Assembly (NCBI GenBank): GCA_030873995.1
Contig: GCA_030873995.1_4701.1
Reading direction: 5' to 3' (one strand)
DNA length: 45,609 nt
From: a phage
The position numbers were made by a program, and so were the translations under genes. This document shows, piece after piece, positions 20,654 through 29,014 of this stretch. The number at the start of each line of letters is the position of its first letter. Position 1 is the first letter of the stretch. The notes beneath the pieces are model-generated. The model did not search any database, was not told the origin of the DNA, and saw nothing but the letters and a program-made list of their open reading frames with translations.

Positions 20654-20674
20654 TTACTGGACACTATAGAAGGA
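20652..20674 (+). promoter_or_regulatory. phage-RNAP promoter after terminase
   Basis: AATTACTGGACACTATAGAAGGA; +1 G at 20669. Confidence 0.8.
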
Positions 20675-20805
20675 AGGCCCAGATAATAAGAGAAATAACA
20701 AGGATAATATAGTTAACCTAGGTTATATAGGTTACTATAGTATGGGTGTACTCCTGTACACCCTATTCCTACTTACTATTTACTTATATGTATAAGGAGT
20801 ATTAG

Positions 20806-21087
20806 ATGGCTAATGATTATAGTGATCAACCTTTAACTGGTCGATATGACCGTAAGCAGATTACACCGACCAGTGAGGCATTAATGCTCCCTGTTGTTAC
20901 AGAGGAGTCTATTACGAAGAAAGCCAATGTTATCAATGATGCAACCAAATCTGGTAAACAGAAAGCAGCAATGGTATGTCGTCCTGTAGGTGGCACTCTT
21001 GAGGTTGCCATTGCTACTGGTAGCAAAGAGGATGCAGATTGGTTGTCTGTTAAAATGGACAGCGTTGGTCTTATTACACCGGCTTAA
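20806..21087 (+). CDS. hypothetical protein, tandem paralog A
   Basis: 93 aa; shares SGKQK(A/G)AMV...(V/I)AIA(T/R)GS...D.W with 21105..21392; AAGGAG RBS. Confidence 0.5.
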   Translation: MANDYSDQPLTGRYDRKQITPTSEALMLPVVTEESITKKANVINDATKSGKQKAAMVCRPVGGTLEVAIATGSKEDADWLSVKMDSVGLITPA

Positions 21088-21104
21088 TAAAAGGAGAAGA
21101 TAAT

Positions 21105-21392
21105 ATGTCTAAGTATGGCGATGCAGGTACGACTACTGGTCAGGTTTTTCGTGTAAAAGCAGTACAAACTATTGCAACTGCAATTCCTATGCCTATCGTG
21201 GCAGAAGCTGACCTTAAAAAGAAAGATCATCCAATTAATATTGAACACCTATCTGGTAAGCAGAAAGGTGCTATGGTGGTTGTAGATAAAGGAGATAGCC
21301 TTTATATTGCTATTGCGCGTGGCTCTGCACCAACTGACAAGTGGGATGCAACTACTATGGAGGTGACACCTGTCACTCCAGAAGGGGATTAA
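21105..21392 (+). CDS. hypothetical protein, tandem paralog B
   Basis: 95 aa, paralog of 20806..21087; AAAGGAG RBS. Confidence 0.5.
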   Translation: MSKYGDAGTTTGQVFRVKAVQTIATAIPMPIVAEADLKKKDHPINIEHLSGKQKGAMVVVDKGDSLYIAIARGSAPTDKWDATTMEVTPVTPEGD

Positions 21393-21394
21393 TA

Positions 21395-21739
21395 ATGCTT
21401 AACAAATACTTCAAGCGTAAAGAGTTCGCTTGCCGTTGTGGGTGCGGTACATCCACTGTTGATGCTGAATTACTACAGGTAGTCACAGATGTGCGTGAGC
21501 ACTTTGGTTCTCCTGTAGTTATCACTTCGGGGCATCGCTGTGCTAAGCACAATGCTAATGTAGGAGGAGCTAAGAACTCCATGCATCTTACTGGTAAGGC
21601 TGCTGACATTAAGGTACGAGGCATCTTACCTTCTGATGTACATAAGTATCTTACTGATAAGTACCAAGGCAAGTATGGTATTGGTAAGTATACCTCCTTT
21701 ACTCATATTGATGTACGTAACGGGTGTGCACGATGGTAG
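21395..21739 (+). CDS. endolysin, peptidase M15 family
   Basis: 114 aa; zinc-peptidase signature SGHRCAKHN...SMHLTGKAADI; start trimmed from ORF 21341 to the RBS-supported ATG. Confidence 0.8.
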   Translation: MLNKYFKRKEFACRCGCGTSTVDAELLQVVTDVREHFGSPVVITSGHRCAKHNANVGGAKNSMHLTGKAADIKVRGILPSDVHKYLTDKYQGKYGIGKYTSFTHIDVRNGCARW

Positions 21740-21847
21740 GTTGTGTTGCATGGTGTGAACGCATGGTTGCTAAGGCTTCAGAGGAAGGCAACTATGAAGA
21801 TTGGCAGAACTACTCAACTTTATTAGCTCAATGGAAAGGGAGATGCA

Positions 21848-21997
21848 ATGAAAAAGCTGTTCAAATCTAAGAAGGTTGTAGGTGCACTAGTTGCATTGGC
21901 AATTGCTCTTGTTTCTGTAGGTCTTGGTGTAGACCTTGGCTCTGGCACGGAATCCTCTGTGACAGACGTGGTCTGCCAAGTGATCACCTGTGAATAA
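21848..21997 (+). CDS. small membrane protein (49 aa), lysis-associated candidate
   Basis: Not in the 60-aa track; N-terminal TM helix; AAAGGGAG RBS; lies between endolysin and spanin candidates. Confidence 0.45.
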   Translation: MKKLFKSKKVVGALVALAIALVSVGLGVDLGSGTESSVTDVVCQVITCE

Positions 21998-22211
21998 GTT
22001 TCTAGAAGTGCTGGCAGGTCTTATTGGCCTGCTTGTCTCTGCTAAGAAGAAACAAGAAGAGAAGGAGGCACAAAGTGAAGCGAATCATGTTAGTGACAAT
22101 CCTGCTGATTGGTTCGCTGACCACTTCCGGGTGTCAGCAGGCGTTACCAGAGAAAGCAATGGTGAAACCTCTGAGGCCGACGCTGACGGAAGTTTACGAG
22201 GTAGACGATAA
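21990..22211 (+). CDS. i-spanin candidate (GTG start)
   Basis: 73 aa, N-terminal TM followed by charged region; overlaps the o-spanin gene; weak start signal. Confidence 0.35.
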   Translation: MNKFLEVLAGLIGLLVSAKKKQEEKEAQSEANHVSDNPADWFADHFRVSAGVTRESNGETSEADADGSLRGRR

Positions 22212-22284
22212 GGTCTGCTTTAGTAAGCCTGACGCTACAAAATTAGGTTTGTATATTCTTTCGCTAGAACGCGGATATAATTAA
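22075..22284 (+). CDS. o-spanin lipoprotein
   Basis: Lipoprotein signal VKRIMLVTILLIGSLTTSGC with lipobox Cys; GGAGG 7 nt upstream of GTG 22075 (alternative ATG 22087). Confidence 0.6.
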   Translation: MKRIMLVTILLIGSLTTSGCQQALPEKAMVKPLRPTLTEVYEVDDKVCFSKPDATKLGLYILSLERGYN

Positions 22285-22313
22285 TACATAGCTTTATGTA
22301 TCAGTGTCTTACG

Positions 22314-22336
22314 ATTTACTGGACACTATAGAAGAG
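22314..22336 (+). promoter_or_regulatory. phage-RNAP promoter for the tailspike genes
   Basis: ATTTACTGGACACTATAGAAGAG exact consensus; +1 G at 22331. Confidence 0.85.
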
Positions 22337-22415
22337 GTAAGATAGCGCCGTTCTTTTGAGCGGCCTATTACTAGCCAATCTTCATAGGGAGGGTTGGAAA
22401 GTAATAGGAGATAGC

Positions 22416-24314
22416 ATGGCTAAATTAACCAAACCTAATACTGAAGGAATCTTGCATAAAGGACAATCTTTGTATGAGTACCTTGATGCGAGAGTTTTAA
22501 CATCAAAGCCGTTTGGTGCTGTAGGTGACGCCACTACTGATGATACGGAGGTTATAGCTGCTTCATTAAACTCTCAGAAAGCTGTCACAATCTCAGACGG
22601 TGTATTCTCTAGCTCTGGTATTAATAGTAATTACTGTAACTTAGACGGTAGAGGTAGTGGGGTGCTAAGTCACCGTTCCAGTGCAGGTAACTACTTAGTA
22701 TTTAACAATCCACGTACAGGTCGCTTAAGTAATATTACGGTAGAAAGTAATAAGGCGACTGATACAACTCAGGGACAGCAGGTATCTCTTGCTGGTGGAA
22801 GTGATGTTACTGTAAGTGACGTTAACTTCTCAAACGTTAAAGGTACTGGTTTCAGTTTAATCGCATACCCTAATGATGCGCCACCTGATGGACTTATGAT
22901 TAAAGGCATTCGAGGTAGCTATTCAGGCTATGCTACTAATAAGGCAGCCGGATGCGTACTTGCTGACTCCTCAGTTAACTCCCTCATAGATAACGTCATT
23001 GCTAAGAGCTACCCTCAGTTCGGAGCAGTAGAGTTGAAAGGTACAGCCAGTTACAACATAGTCAGTAATGTTATAGGGGCAGATTGCCAGCATGTAACTT
23101 ACAACGGCACTGTAGGGCCAATAGCCCCTTCTAATAACCTTATCAAGGGGGTGGTGGCTAATAACCCTAAGTATGCAGCGGTTGTTGCAGGCAAAGGAAG
23201 TACGAACTTAATCTCAGACGTGCTCGTAGATTACTCAACTTCTGATGCTAGGCAGGCTCATGGTGTTACAGTAGAGGGTTCTGATAACGTCATAAATAAT
23301 GTGCTTATGTCAGGATGTGATGGTACTAACTCTTTAGGACAAGGGCAGACTGCTACAATTGCACGCTTTAGAGGTACAGCTAATAACAACTATGCGTCTG
23401 TATTTCCTAGCTACAGTGCTACAGGTGTTATTACTTTCGAATCCGGCTCTACCCGTAACTTCGTAGAGGTAAAGCACCCTGGCAGGAGAAACGACCTTCT
23501 CAGTTCTGCTAGTACTATTGACGGTGCAGCTACTATTGACGGCACTAGTAATAGTAACGTAGTGCACGCACCTGCCTTAGGGCAGTACATAGGTAGTATG
23601 TCAGGTAGGTTCGAATGGCGGATTAAGTCCATGTCACTCCCTTCAGGTGTTCTTACTTCTGCTGATAAGTACAGAATGCTTGGAGATGGTGCTGTGTCAT
23701 TAGCTGTAGGTGGTGGCACTTCTTCTCAAGTTCGCCTATTTACTTCTGATGGTACTTCTCGGACAGTGTCCCTCACCAACGGTAACGTGCGTCTTTCTAC
23801 CAGTAGCACAGGCTTTTTGCAGTTAGGTGCTGATGCAATGACCCCAGACAGTACTGGTACATACGCATTAGGTTCCGCCAGTCGAGCATGGTCTGGCGGT
23901 TTTACTCAAGCAGCATTCACTGTTACCTCAGATGCTCGGTGTAAAACAGAACCTCTTACTATCTCAGATGCCTTACTAGATGCTTGGTCTGAAGTTGACT
24001 TTGTGCAGTTTCAGTATTTGGATCGTGTTGAGGAGAAGGGTGCAGACTCAGCTAGATGGCACTTTGGCATCATCGCTCAGCGAGCTAAGGAGGCCTTCGA
24101 ACGTCACGGTATAGATGCACATCGCTATGGCTTCTTGTGCTTCGACAGTTGGGATGATGTATACGAGGAAGATGCCAATGGCTCTCGTAAACTGATTACA
24201 CCAGCAGGTTCCCGCTACGGTATTCGTTACGAGGAAGTACTGATATTAGAGGCTGCGTTGATGCGGAGGACTATTAAGCGTATGCAGGAAGCACTAGCTT
24301 CCCTGCCTAAGTAA
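22416..24314 (+). CDS. tailspike 1 with C-terminal intramolecular chaperone (peptidase S74-like) domain
   Basis: 632 aa; N-terminal FGAVGDATTDDT beta-helix signature; C-terminal SDARCK...WHFGIIAQ autoproteolytic motif; promoter 22314 upstream. Confidence 0.75.
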   Translation: MAKLTKPNTEGILHKGQSLYEYLDARVLTSKPFGAVGDATTDDTEVIAASLNSQKAVTISDGVFSSSGINSNYCNLDGRGSGVLSHRSSAGNYLVFNNPRTGRLSNITVESNKATDTTQGQQVSLAGGSDVTVSDVNFSNVKGTGFSLIAYPNDAPPDGLMIKGIRGSYSGYATNKAAGCVLADSSVNSLIDNVIAKSYPQFGAVELKGTASYNIVSNVIGADCQHVTYNGTVGPIAPSNNLIKGVVANNPKYAAVVAGKGSTNLISDVLVDYSTSDARQAHGVTVEGSDNVINNVLMSGCDGTNSLGQGQTATIARFRGTANNNYASVFPSYSATGVITFESGSTRNFVEVKHPGRRNDLLSSASTIDGAATIDGTSNSNVVHAPALGQYIGSMSGRFEWRIKSMSLPSGVLTSADKYRMLGDGAVSLAVGGGTSSQVRLFTSDGTSRTVSLTNGNVRLSTSSTGFLQLGADAMTPDSTGTYALGSASRAWSGGFTQAAFTVTSDARCKTEPLTISDALLDAWSEVDFVQFQYLDRVEEKGADSARWHFGIIAQRAKEAFERHGIDAHRYGFLCFDSWDDVYEEDANGSRKLITPAGSRYGIRYEEVLILEAALMRRTIKRMQEALASLPK

Positions 24315-24398
24315 GCAACAGGCAGTGCGTAAGCACTGCTTTCACGCAACTTTTCTTAAAGGTTATCATGGTGGTAGCCTTTCAGAAAAGGAGGTTAC

Positions 24399-26582
24399 AT
24401 GCTTCAAAGATTAGGGGCAATGTTTGTTCGGTACAAAAATAAAGTAGGTAATGCTATCGAGCGTACACTACAAAGTAAATTACAGGATGTAGTAAGTGTA
24501 AAGGATTATGGCGCTATTGGTGATGGAGTATATCGTTCACTTGGTGCTAAATTTACCACGTTAAGTATGGCACAAGTAGTATACCCGCATGCGGAAAGTT
24601 TAACTCAATCGCAAGATTGGGCGGCTATTCAGGCTGCACTTAATTCTCACTCAAAAGTGTACATTCCAGCAGGTAAGTACATGCTATCTGATACCATTGA
24701 GATGCGCGGCGGTCAAACTCTGCAAGGTGACGGTATTGATTCTTGGGTTGCAGGTTATGCTGGGTTTGTAAAAGATAATCAAGGCACTCACCTCATAATG
24801 GTGGGAGATGGAAATAAGAAGTATACATTAGATCATGTATCTAACTTCGATGTAGAAGGTGGTGTCATAGACAACCCAGCGAAGAGTGATGCTTATACTG
24901 CCACTGCACCTTCCCCTAATTACTCATTTACTAACTTCACTAACGCTAACGCCTCTGGTGCACAACGTGCTACATTGAAACCTTTCAGCGTAGCATTACG
25001 TTGCACAGGTCACGGTGGTGTTTATCTTCGTGACTTCCGTATTGTGCCTAATCACAGAGGGCAAGAAGGTTATAAGGATGAGTTGTCAACTGCATTAGGG
25101 GACGCATGGGATGTAGGTATTTGGCTGGAGAATACATCTGACTCAGTGTTATCTTCTGTGCAAGCAGTTGGTTACTGGCGTATTGCAGGTGTTATGAAGA
25201 CTTGTATTCCACAAGAGGGTTCCTTTGTTGGTGGAGAGCGTGATAGGATATACAATTGCACATTACAAGGTTATCGTGGTTTCTTAGCACGTTCGCATGA
25301 TACTTACCAAGTAGAAGAAGTATCAGGTAACACTGTATCGATTAAGTGGTCTGCATCTCACACTTTCGAACCTTCTGGTAAAGTTCGTATCCAAGGGAAA
25401 GACCGTAGTTATACTAGCCTGTCTGTATCTGGTGACAAATTAGTCTTCAATGGTATTGACGATGTATCAGGTATTAATACCAATAGCTATGTGAGAGTTT
25501 CAGGGTCTTCATTCGGAATGTCTGCTACTCAACTAAATAACACATACATCGCTGCATTAAACCATCATGCTCGCTTGCCAGCAACCTCTAATCTTTTAGA
25601 TAATAGGTTTTCTACTTCGGCAGCTTGCTATGAAGTTGCAGGTGAACCAATTCGTGCCATAAAATTATCTAACTGTACTGTCATTACTTGGGATGACATC
25701 TTAGGTATGACTGGTGGTATTCGGGATTTCCAGACGACAGATACTTACTTCGAGTCTCAGCCTTTCCGTACTTCTGTGCAAGGCTTGGCAAGCACCACAC
25801 AACCTGCTGGTTCTCGCATGATTGCACTTCGTGGACGTCAAGGTTCTAAAACTACAGGATATCAAGCTATCGGTTGTACTTATGGGCCAGGTGTAGACTT
25901 AAGTCCTCGTTATGAAAGCGATGTATCTCGTTACACAACTTCAGGTGGTATGTTCAATCCAAGAGAAGATTTGAACACAACTAAGCAGTTACCAATGAGG
26001 CAAGACGCTACTGAGCTATCTTCTACTTCTGACTTATTCCTTACACATGCTGTAGGGCGGAAGGCCTATGTTGGCGCTACCTCTGGTGATGCAACGCTTC
26101 AATCTAGAACTGGATCATTGAATATCCAATCAGGACTTCGTGTACGGATTGGTGGCACTGATGGTAGTGGTTGGTATATTGCTGACAGTGCTAAGTTGAC
26201 ACCTACTGCTGACAATGCAAGGGCTTGTGGACAGCCTAATGGACGATGGACTGTTGTCTATGCTGTTAATGGTACAATCCAGACTTCTGATGGTAGATTC
26301 AAGGAAATCCTTGAGATTGAACAGGCAGAACTTGATGCTGGTCTTGAATTATCAGCAAACCTAATTAAGTATCGGTGGAATGGGGAAGATAAAATTCACT
26401 TTGGTTGCATAGCACAAGAAGTGATGTTAATACTGGAGAAACATGGCCTAGACCCATTACAATATGATATGGTTCAGTATGATGAGGAGGCAGACATCTT
26501 TGGGGTAAACTATGCTGAACTCAACAGCTTCTGTATTGCAGCATTATCGAGGAAGTTAAATGCCATTAATAAAATCAGTTAA
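24399..26582 (+). CDS. tailspike 2 with C-terminal intramolecular chaperone (peptidase S74-like) domain
   Basis: 727 aa; VKDYGAIGDG signature; C-terminal SDGRFKE...HFGCIAQE; AAGGAGG RBS. Confidence 0.75.
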   Translation: MLQRLGAMFVRYKNKVGNAIERTLQSKLQDVVSVKDYGAIGDGVYRSLGAKFTTLSMAQVVYPHAESLTQSQDWAAIQAALNSHSKVYIPAGKYMLSDTIEMRGGQTLQGDGIDSWVAGYAGFVKDNQGTHLIMVGDGNKKYTLDHVSNFDVEGGVIDNPAKSDAYTATAPSPNYSFTNFTNANASGAQRATLKPFSVALRCTGHGGVYLRDFRIVPNHRGQEGYKDELSTALGDAWDVGIWLENTSDSVLSSVQAVGYWRIAGVMKTCIPQEGSFVGGERDRIYNCTLQGYRGFLARSHDTYQVEEVSGNTVSIKWSASHTFEPSGKVRIQGKDRSYTSLSVSGDKLVFNGIDDVSGINTNSYVRVSGSSFGMSATQLNNTYIAALNHHARLPATSNLLDNRFSTSAACYEVAGEPIRAIKLSNCTVITWDDILGMTGGIRDFQTTDTYFESQPFRTSVQGLASTTQPAGSRMIALRGRQGSKTTGYQAIGCTYGPGVDLSPRYESDVSRYTTSGGMFNPREDLNTTKQLPMRQDATELSSTSDLFLTHAVGRKAYVGATSGDATLQSRTGSLNIQSGLRVRIGGTDGSGWYIADSAKLTPTADNARACGQPNGRWTVVYAVNGTIQTSDGRFKEILEIEQAELDAGLELSANLIKYRWNGEDKIHFGCIAQEVMLILEKHGLDPLQYDMVQYDEEADIFGVNYAELNSFCIAALSRKLNAINKIS

Positions 26583-26709
26583 GCAAAGTGCTGTACGCCA
26601 GAACACAGAAGAACTTATTCAATCAGGACGTAACCCTAAGCAGGCTTATGCCATTGCCAAGGATGTACAACGTCGTGCCTTGAAGAAACCTTCTGCATCT
26701 TCTGCGTAA
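26560..26709 (+). CDS. small basic ORF (49 aa) overlapping the tailspike 2 stop
   Basis: ATG 26560 with AGGAAG 4 nt upstream; not in the 60-aa track. Confidence 0.3.
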   Translation: MPLIKSVKQSAVRQNTEELIQSGRNPKQAYAIAKDVQRRALKKPSASSA

Positions 26710-26843
26710 GCAGGTTAATATCTTAGTGTACACAAGGGTAGACTTATGATAGCTCACAGCACACCTCTGAGTGCCGCTCTGGATTCTATGAATTGTTCCC
26801 TGACTATCTAGGTCTGCTCTTAGTGTATTCCAAAGGAGGTGAC

Positions 26844-26999
26844 ATGATTTGGATTCATACGTATGGTGTAGGGCCATTCAAGCAGAATGTACTCAGGAAG
26901 ATTCATGAGTCCGAGGAATCAGCCTTAGCCAGCCAGAAGGTACTTGGTGGAACTATCCAGTGCTACATGAAGAAGCCACAAGGCTTTGATTTAGGGTAA
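26844..26999 (+). CDS. hypothetical protein (51 aa) at the right end of the gene map
   Basis: ATG 26844 with AAAGGAGGTGA RBS; track ORF 26793 trimmed. Confidence 0.5.
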   Translation: MIWIHTYGVGPFKQNVLRKIHESEESALASQKVLGGTIQCYMKKPQGFDLG

Positions 27000-27686
27000 C
27001 CAAAGGTGGTCACAAAGTAACCAAAGTCAAAATTTTGATGTAGGCGTGTGTGAGGTGTCTCGCCCTCGCCCTCGCCGGGTTGTCCCCATAGGGTGGCCTG
27101 AGGGAATCCGTCTTCGACGGGCAGGGCTGATGTACTCCTTGCCTAGTACAAGGGAGGCGGAGTGAACGCCTGGGACGGCCTAGGGAATGGCTTAGTGGTG
27201 GACAAGGTGATTACCTTAGTGAAGCCTCTTAGTGCATTCCTTAGGCCATTCAGGGCGTTTATGAGGTATTGACAGGGTGGATGGGTGTGGGCTATCTGTT
27301 CGTTTCGCTACGCTTCACTCACTGCTCCTCACTTCGTTCGTCGCTGCGGTAGCCTGATGTGTACCTTAGGTTATTACTTGATGGATAGCTTAGGTTAGCC
27401 TTAGTGGATTACCTTAGTTAAAGCCTTAGTGCTTCACTTAGTATCAGCTTAGTAGTGTACCTTAGTCAGACTTAGTGTCTTCTCTTAGTGATTGCATAGC
27501 TAAAGCTATAAGATGCAAATAGGTCGCGGTCGGTAGACCGCTAAAGAAAGAGAATGGTAATAAGATGCAGTAGGAGGAACACCAGAAACCTAGCCAACCT
27601 AAGCTATCCTAGCTCTATATCTATTGCTTTTCCTTAGTCTAACACGTTAGACAACCTATCTTATTCTTAGTGATGGTAACTTAGTG

Positions 27687-27715
27687 TTGACAAGATAATC
27701 TTAGTGTAATACTAT
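27687..27715 (+). promoter_or_regulatory. sigma70-type early promoter candidate
   Basis: TTGACA, 17-bp spacer, TACTAT; first strong host-type promoter after the repeat-rich terminal region. Confidence 0.55.
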
Positions 27716-27787
27716 GCATCACGTAGGCGGTGCTGAGGCACCTAGTAGCCAGCTAGTAAGGCATACGAAGAGACTAGCGCTTACATT

Positions 27788-27800
27788 GCTCTTTAACAAT
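27788..27800 (+). promoter_or_regulatory. rrn-type boxA element (copy 1)
   Basis: GCTCTTTAACAAT identical to the rrn boxA core; about 65 nt after the predicted start of promoter 27687. Confidence 0.6.
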
Positions 27801-27858
27801 TTGCTTAGTGTAACCTATGTATGCCGTGGTTAATTACTTATTGAATGAGGTATTAACT

Positions 27859-28038
27859 ATGACATTAAACAACCGTGAACTATCCGTTCTCTTCACTCTG
27901 TTGTGCTACATGATTCGTAACAACGAATTGCTTACAGACGATGAGTTAGCCTTGTATCACCGCTTTCTTAACGAAGGTTGGACCGATACAGTTAATCAAT
28001 ACCGTAACATGATAGATGAGTTGAGGGAGGGTAAATAA
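27859..28038 (+). CDS. early hypothetical protein (59 aa)
   Basis: First ORF after a sigma70-like promoter and boxA; TGAGGT RBS. Confidence 0.5.
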   Translation: MTLNNRELSVLFTLLCYMIRNNELLTDDELALYHRFLNEGWTDTVNQYRNMIDELREGK

Positions 28039-28262
28039 TGTATCAACATGAGGTATTCTTTGAATCAGCTAGCGAAGCTATTCGCTTCCGTGATGATATG
28101 ATGCAAGCTGGTGTAGGCGTTGATGTGTATCACTATTTGATAGATTACGACACTGAATATCACCGAGTTACCTTAGTATCTGAGTATGACAACCAAGTCA
28201 TTACTGAGTATCTAGGCAGTGAAGATTACGATTACGATGAAGTAATCACGACAAATCTCTAA
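28038..28262 (+). CDS. early, highly acidic hypothetical protein (74 aa)
   Basis: TAATG coupling to the upstream ORF; GGAGGG RBS; 17 Asp/Glu against 3 Arg. Confidence 0.55.
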   Translation: MYQHEVFFESASEAIRFRDDMMQAGVGVDVYHYLIDYDTEYHRVTLVSEYDNQVITEYLGSEDYDYDEVITTNL

Positions 28263-28270
28263 ATTAACTG

Positions 28271-28299
28271 TTGACAGCCACGGCATACAAGGTTACATT
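28271..28299 (+). promoter_or_regulatory. sigma70-type early promoter candidate 2
   Basis: TTGACA, 17-bp spacer, TACATT. Confidence 0.4.
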
Positions 28300-28332
28300 A
28301 AGCATCAAGACGGCGACGTCTTTAAACATCCC

Positions 28333-28345
28333 GCTCTTTAACAAT
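28333..28345 (+). promoter_or_regulatory. rrn-type boxA element (copy 2)
   Basis: GCTCTTTAACAAT; preceded by hairpin AGACGGCGACGTCT (28308..28321). Confidence 0.6.
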
Positions 28346-28391
28346 ACGGTTTGTGTCTTGATAGGCTAACTAACTAACTAAGGTAATTATC

Positions 28392-28502
28392 ATGAAAGGT
28401 TTAATTTGTGTAGAACGTATGATCAATGGTAAACTTGAAATATTACCACTGGAAAACCAATCTAGCTTCAAAGAGTGGTATGGCTGTTTCTCACTGATTT
28501 AA
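28392..28502 (+). CDS. possible tiny ORF (36 aa) between the second and third boxA
   Basis: ATG with AAGGT upstream; no other support. Confidence 0.2.
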   Translation: MKGLICVERMINGKLEILPLENQSSFKEWYGCFSLI

Positions 28503-28544
28503 AGTAAAGGCTGGCACTAGTCAGCCTATCAAGGCGCAAACCAA

Positions 28545-28557
28545 GCTCTTTAACAAT
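28545..28557 (+). promoter_or_regulatory. rrn-type boxA element (copy 3)
   Basis: GCTCTTTAACAAT; preceded by hairpin AGGCTG-8nt-CAGCCT (28509..28528); upstream of ocr. Confidence 0.6.
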
Positions 28558-28653
28558 TTAGATGGTAGCTTCTTAGTCTGGATAGGTTAAACCTAGGGTA
28601 TTCTTTTGAGTACCCTATAATGTAACCTAACTAACTAAATGAGGATTAATAAC

Positions 28654-29013
28654 ATGGCTATGTCTAATATGACTTACTCTCAGGTTTACAACAACGCTCA
28701 TGCTGCATTAGTTGAACGTATCTGGAATGATGCTATTGATTGTATTGATAACGCACATGATGCAATCCATGATGTGGCGGATAGTGCTGTACCAATCTAT
28801 TATGCTGACATCTTCTCCGTGATGGCGAGTGAAGGAATTGATCATTTCTTCGAAGACTCCGGCCTGATGCCAGACACTAAGGATGTAACGGTAGTATTGC
28901 AAGCCCGTATCTATGAGCAACTCACAATTGATCTATGGGAACGTGTTCAGTATATGATTGTTGAATACATCAACTCCGCCGAATATTTAGAAGAAGAAGA
29001 AGAGGAAGAATAA
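28654..29013 (+). CDS. ocr: Ocr (T7 gp0.3) DNA-mimic anti-restriction protein
   Basis: MAMSNMTY...[49 protein letters not shown] closely matches T7 Ocr as recalled; poly-Glu tail; GAGGA RBS. Confidence 0.9.
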   Translation: MAMSNMTYSQVYNNAHAALVERIWNDAIDCIDNAHDAIHDVADSAVPIYYADIFSVMASEGIDHFFEDSGLMPDTKDVTVVLQARIYEQLTIDLWERVQYMIVEYINSAEYLEEEEEEE

Positions 29014-29014
29014 G

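Larger units (their letters stand above)
27186..27810. repeat. terminal-region array of about 19 dispersed CTTAGT(G) repeats
   Basis: CTTAGT counted by eye; densest at 27360..27490; analogous to the heptamer repeats near T7 genome ends. Confidence 0.7.

Noticed and set aside
22356-22415. TTG-initiated N-terminal extension of tailspike 1 given in the ORF track
   Set aside because: ATG at 22416 has an AGGAGA RBS at the right spacing; the TTG start overlaps the promoter-proximal leader and has no RBS.
27057-27200. GC-rich segment considered as a possible tRNA or small RNA gene
   Set aside because: No cloverleaf-compatible arms or anticodon loop could be drawn; better explained as terminal-repeat or packaging sequence.
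27269-27297. TTGACA with a poor -10 (CTATCT) in the terminal region
   Set aside because: The -10 hexamer is too weak to call a host promoter with confidence.
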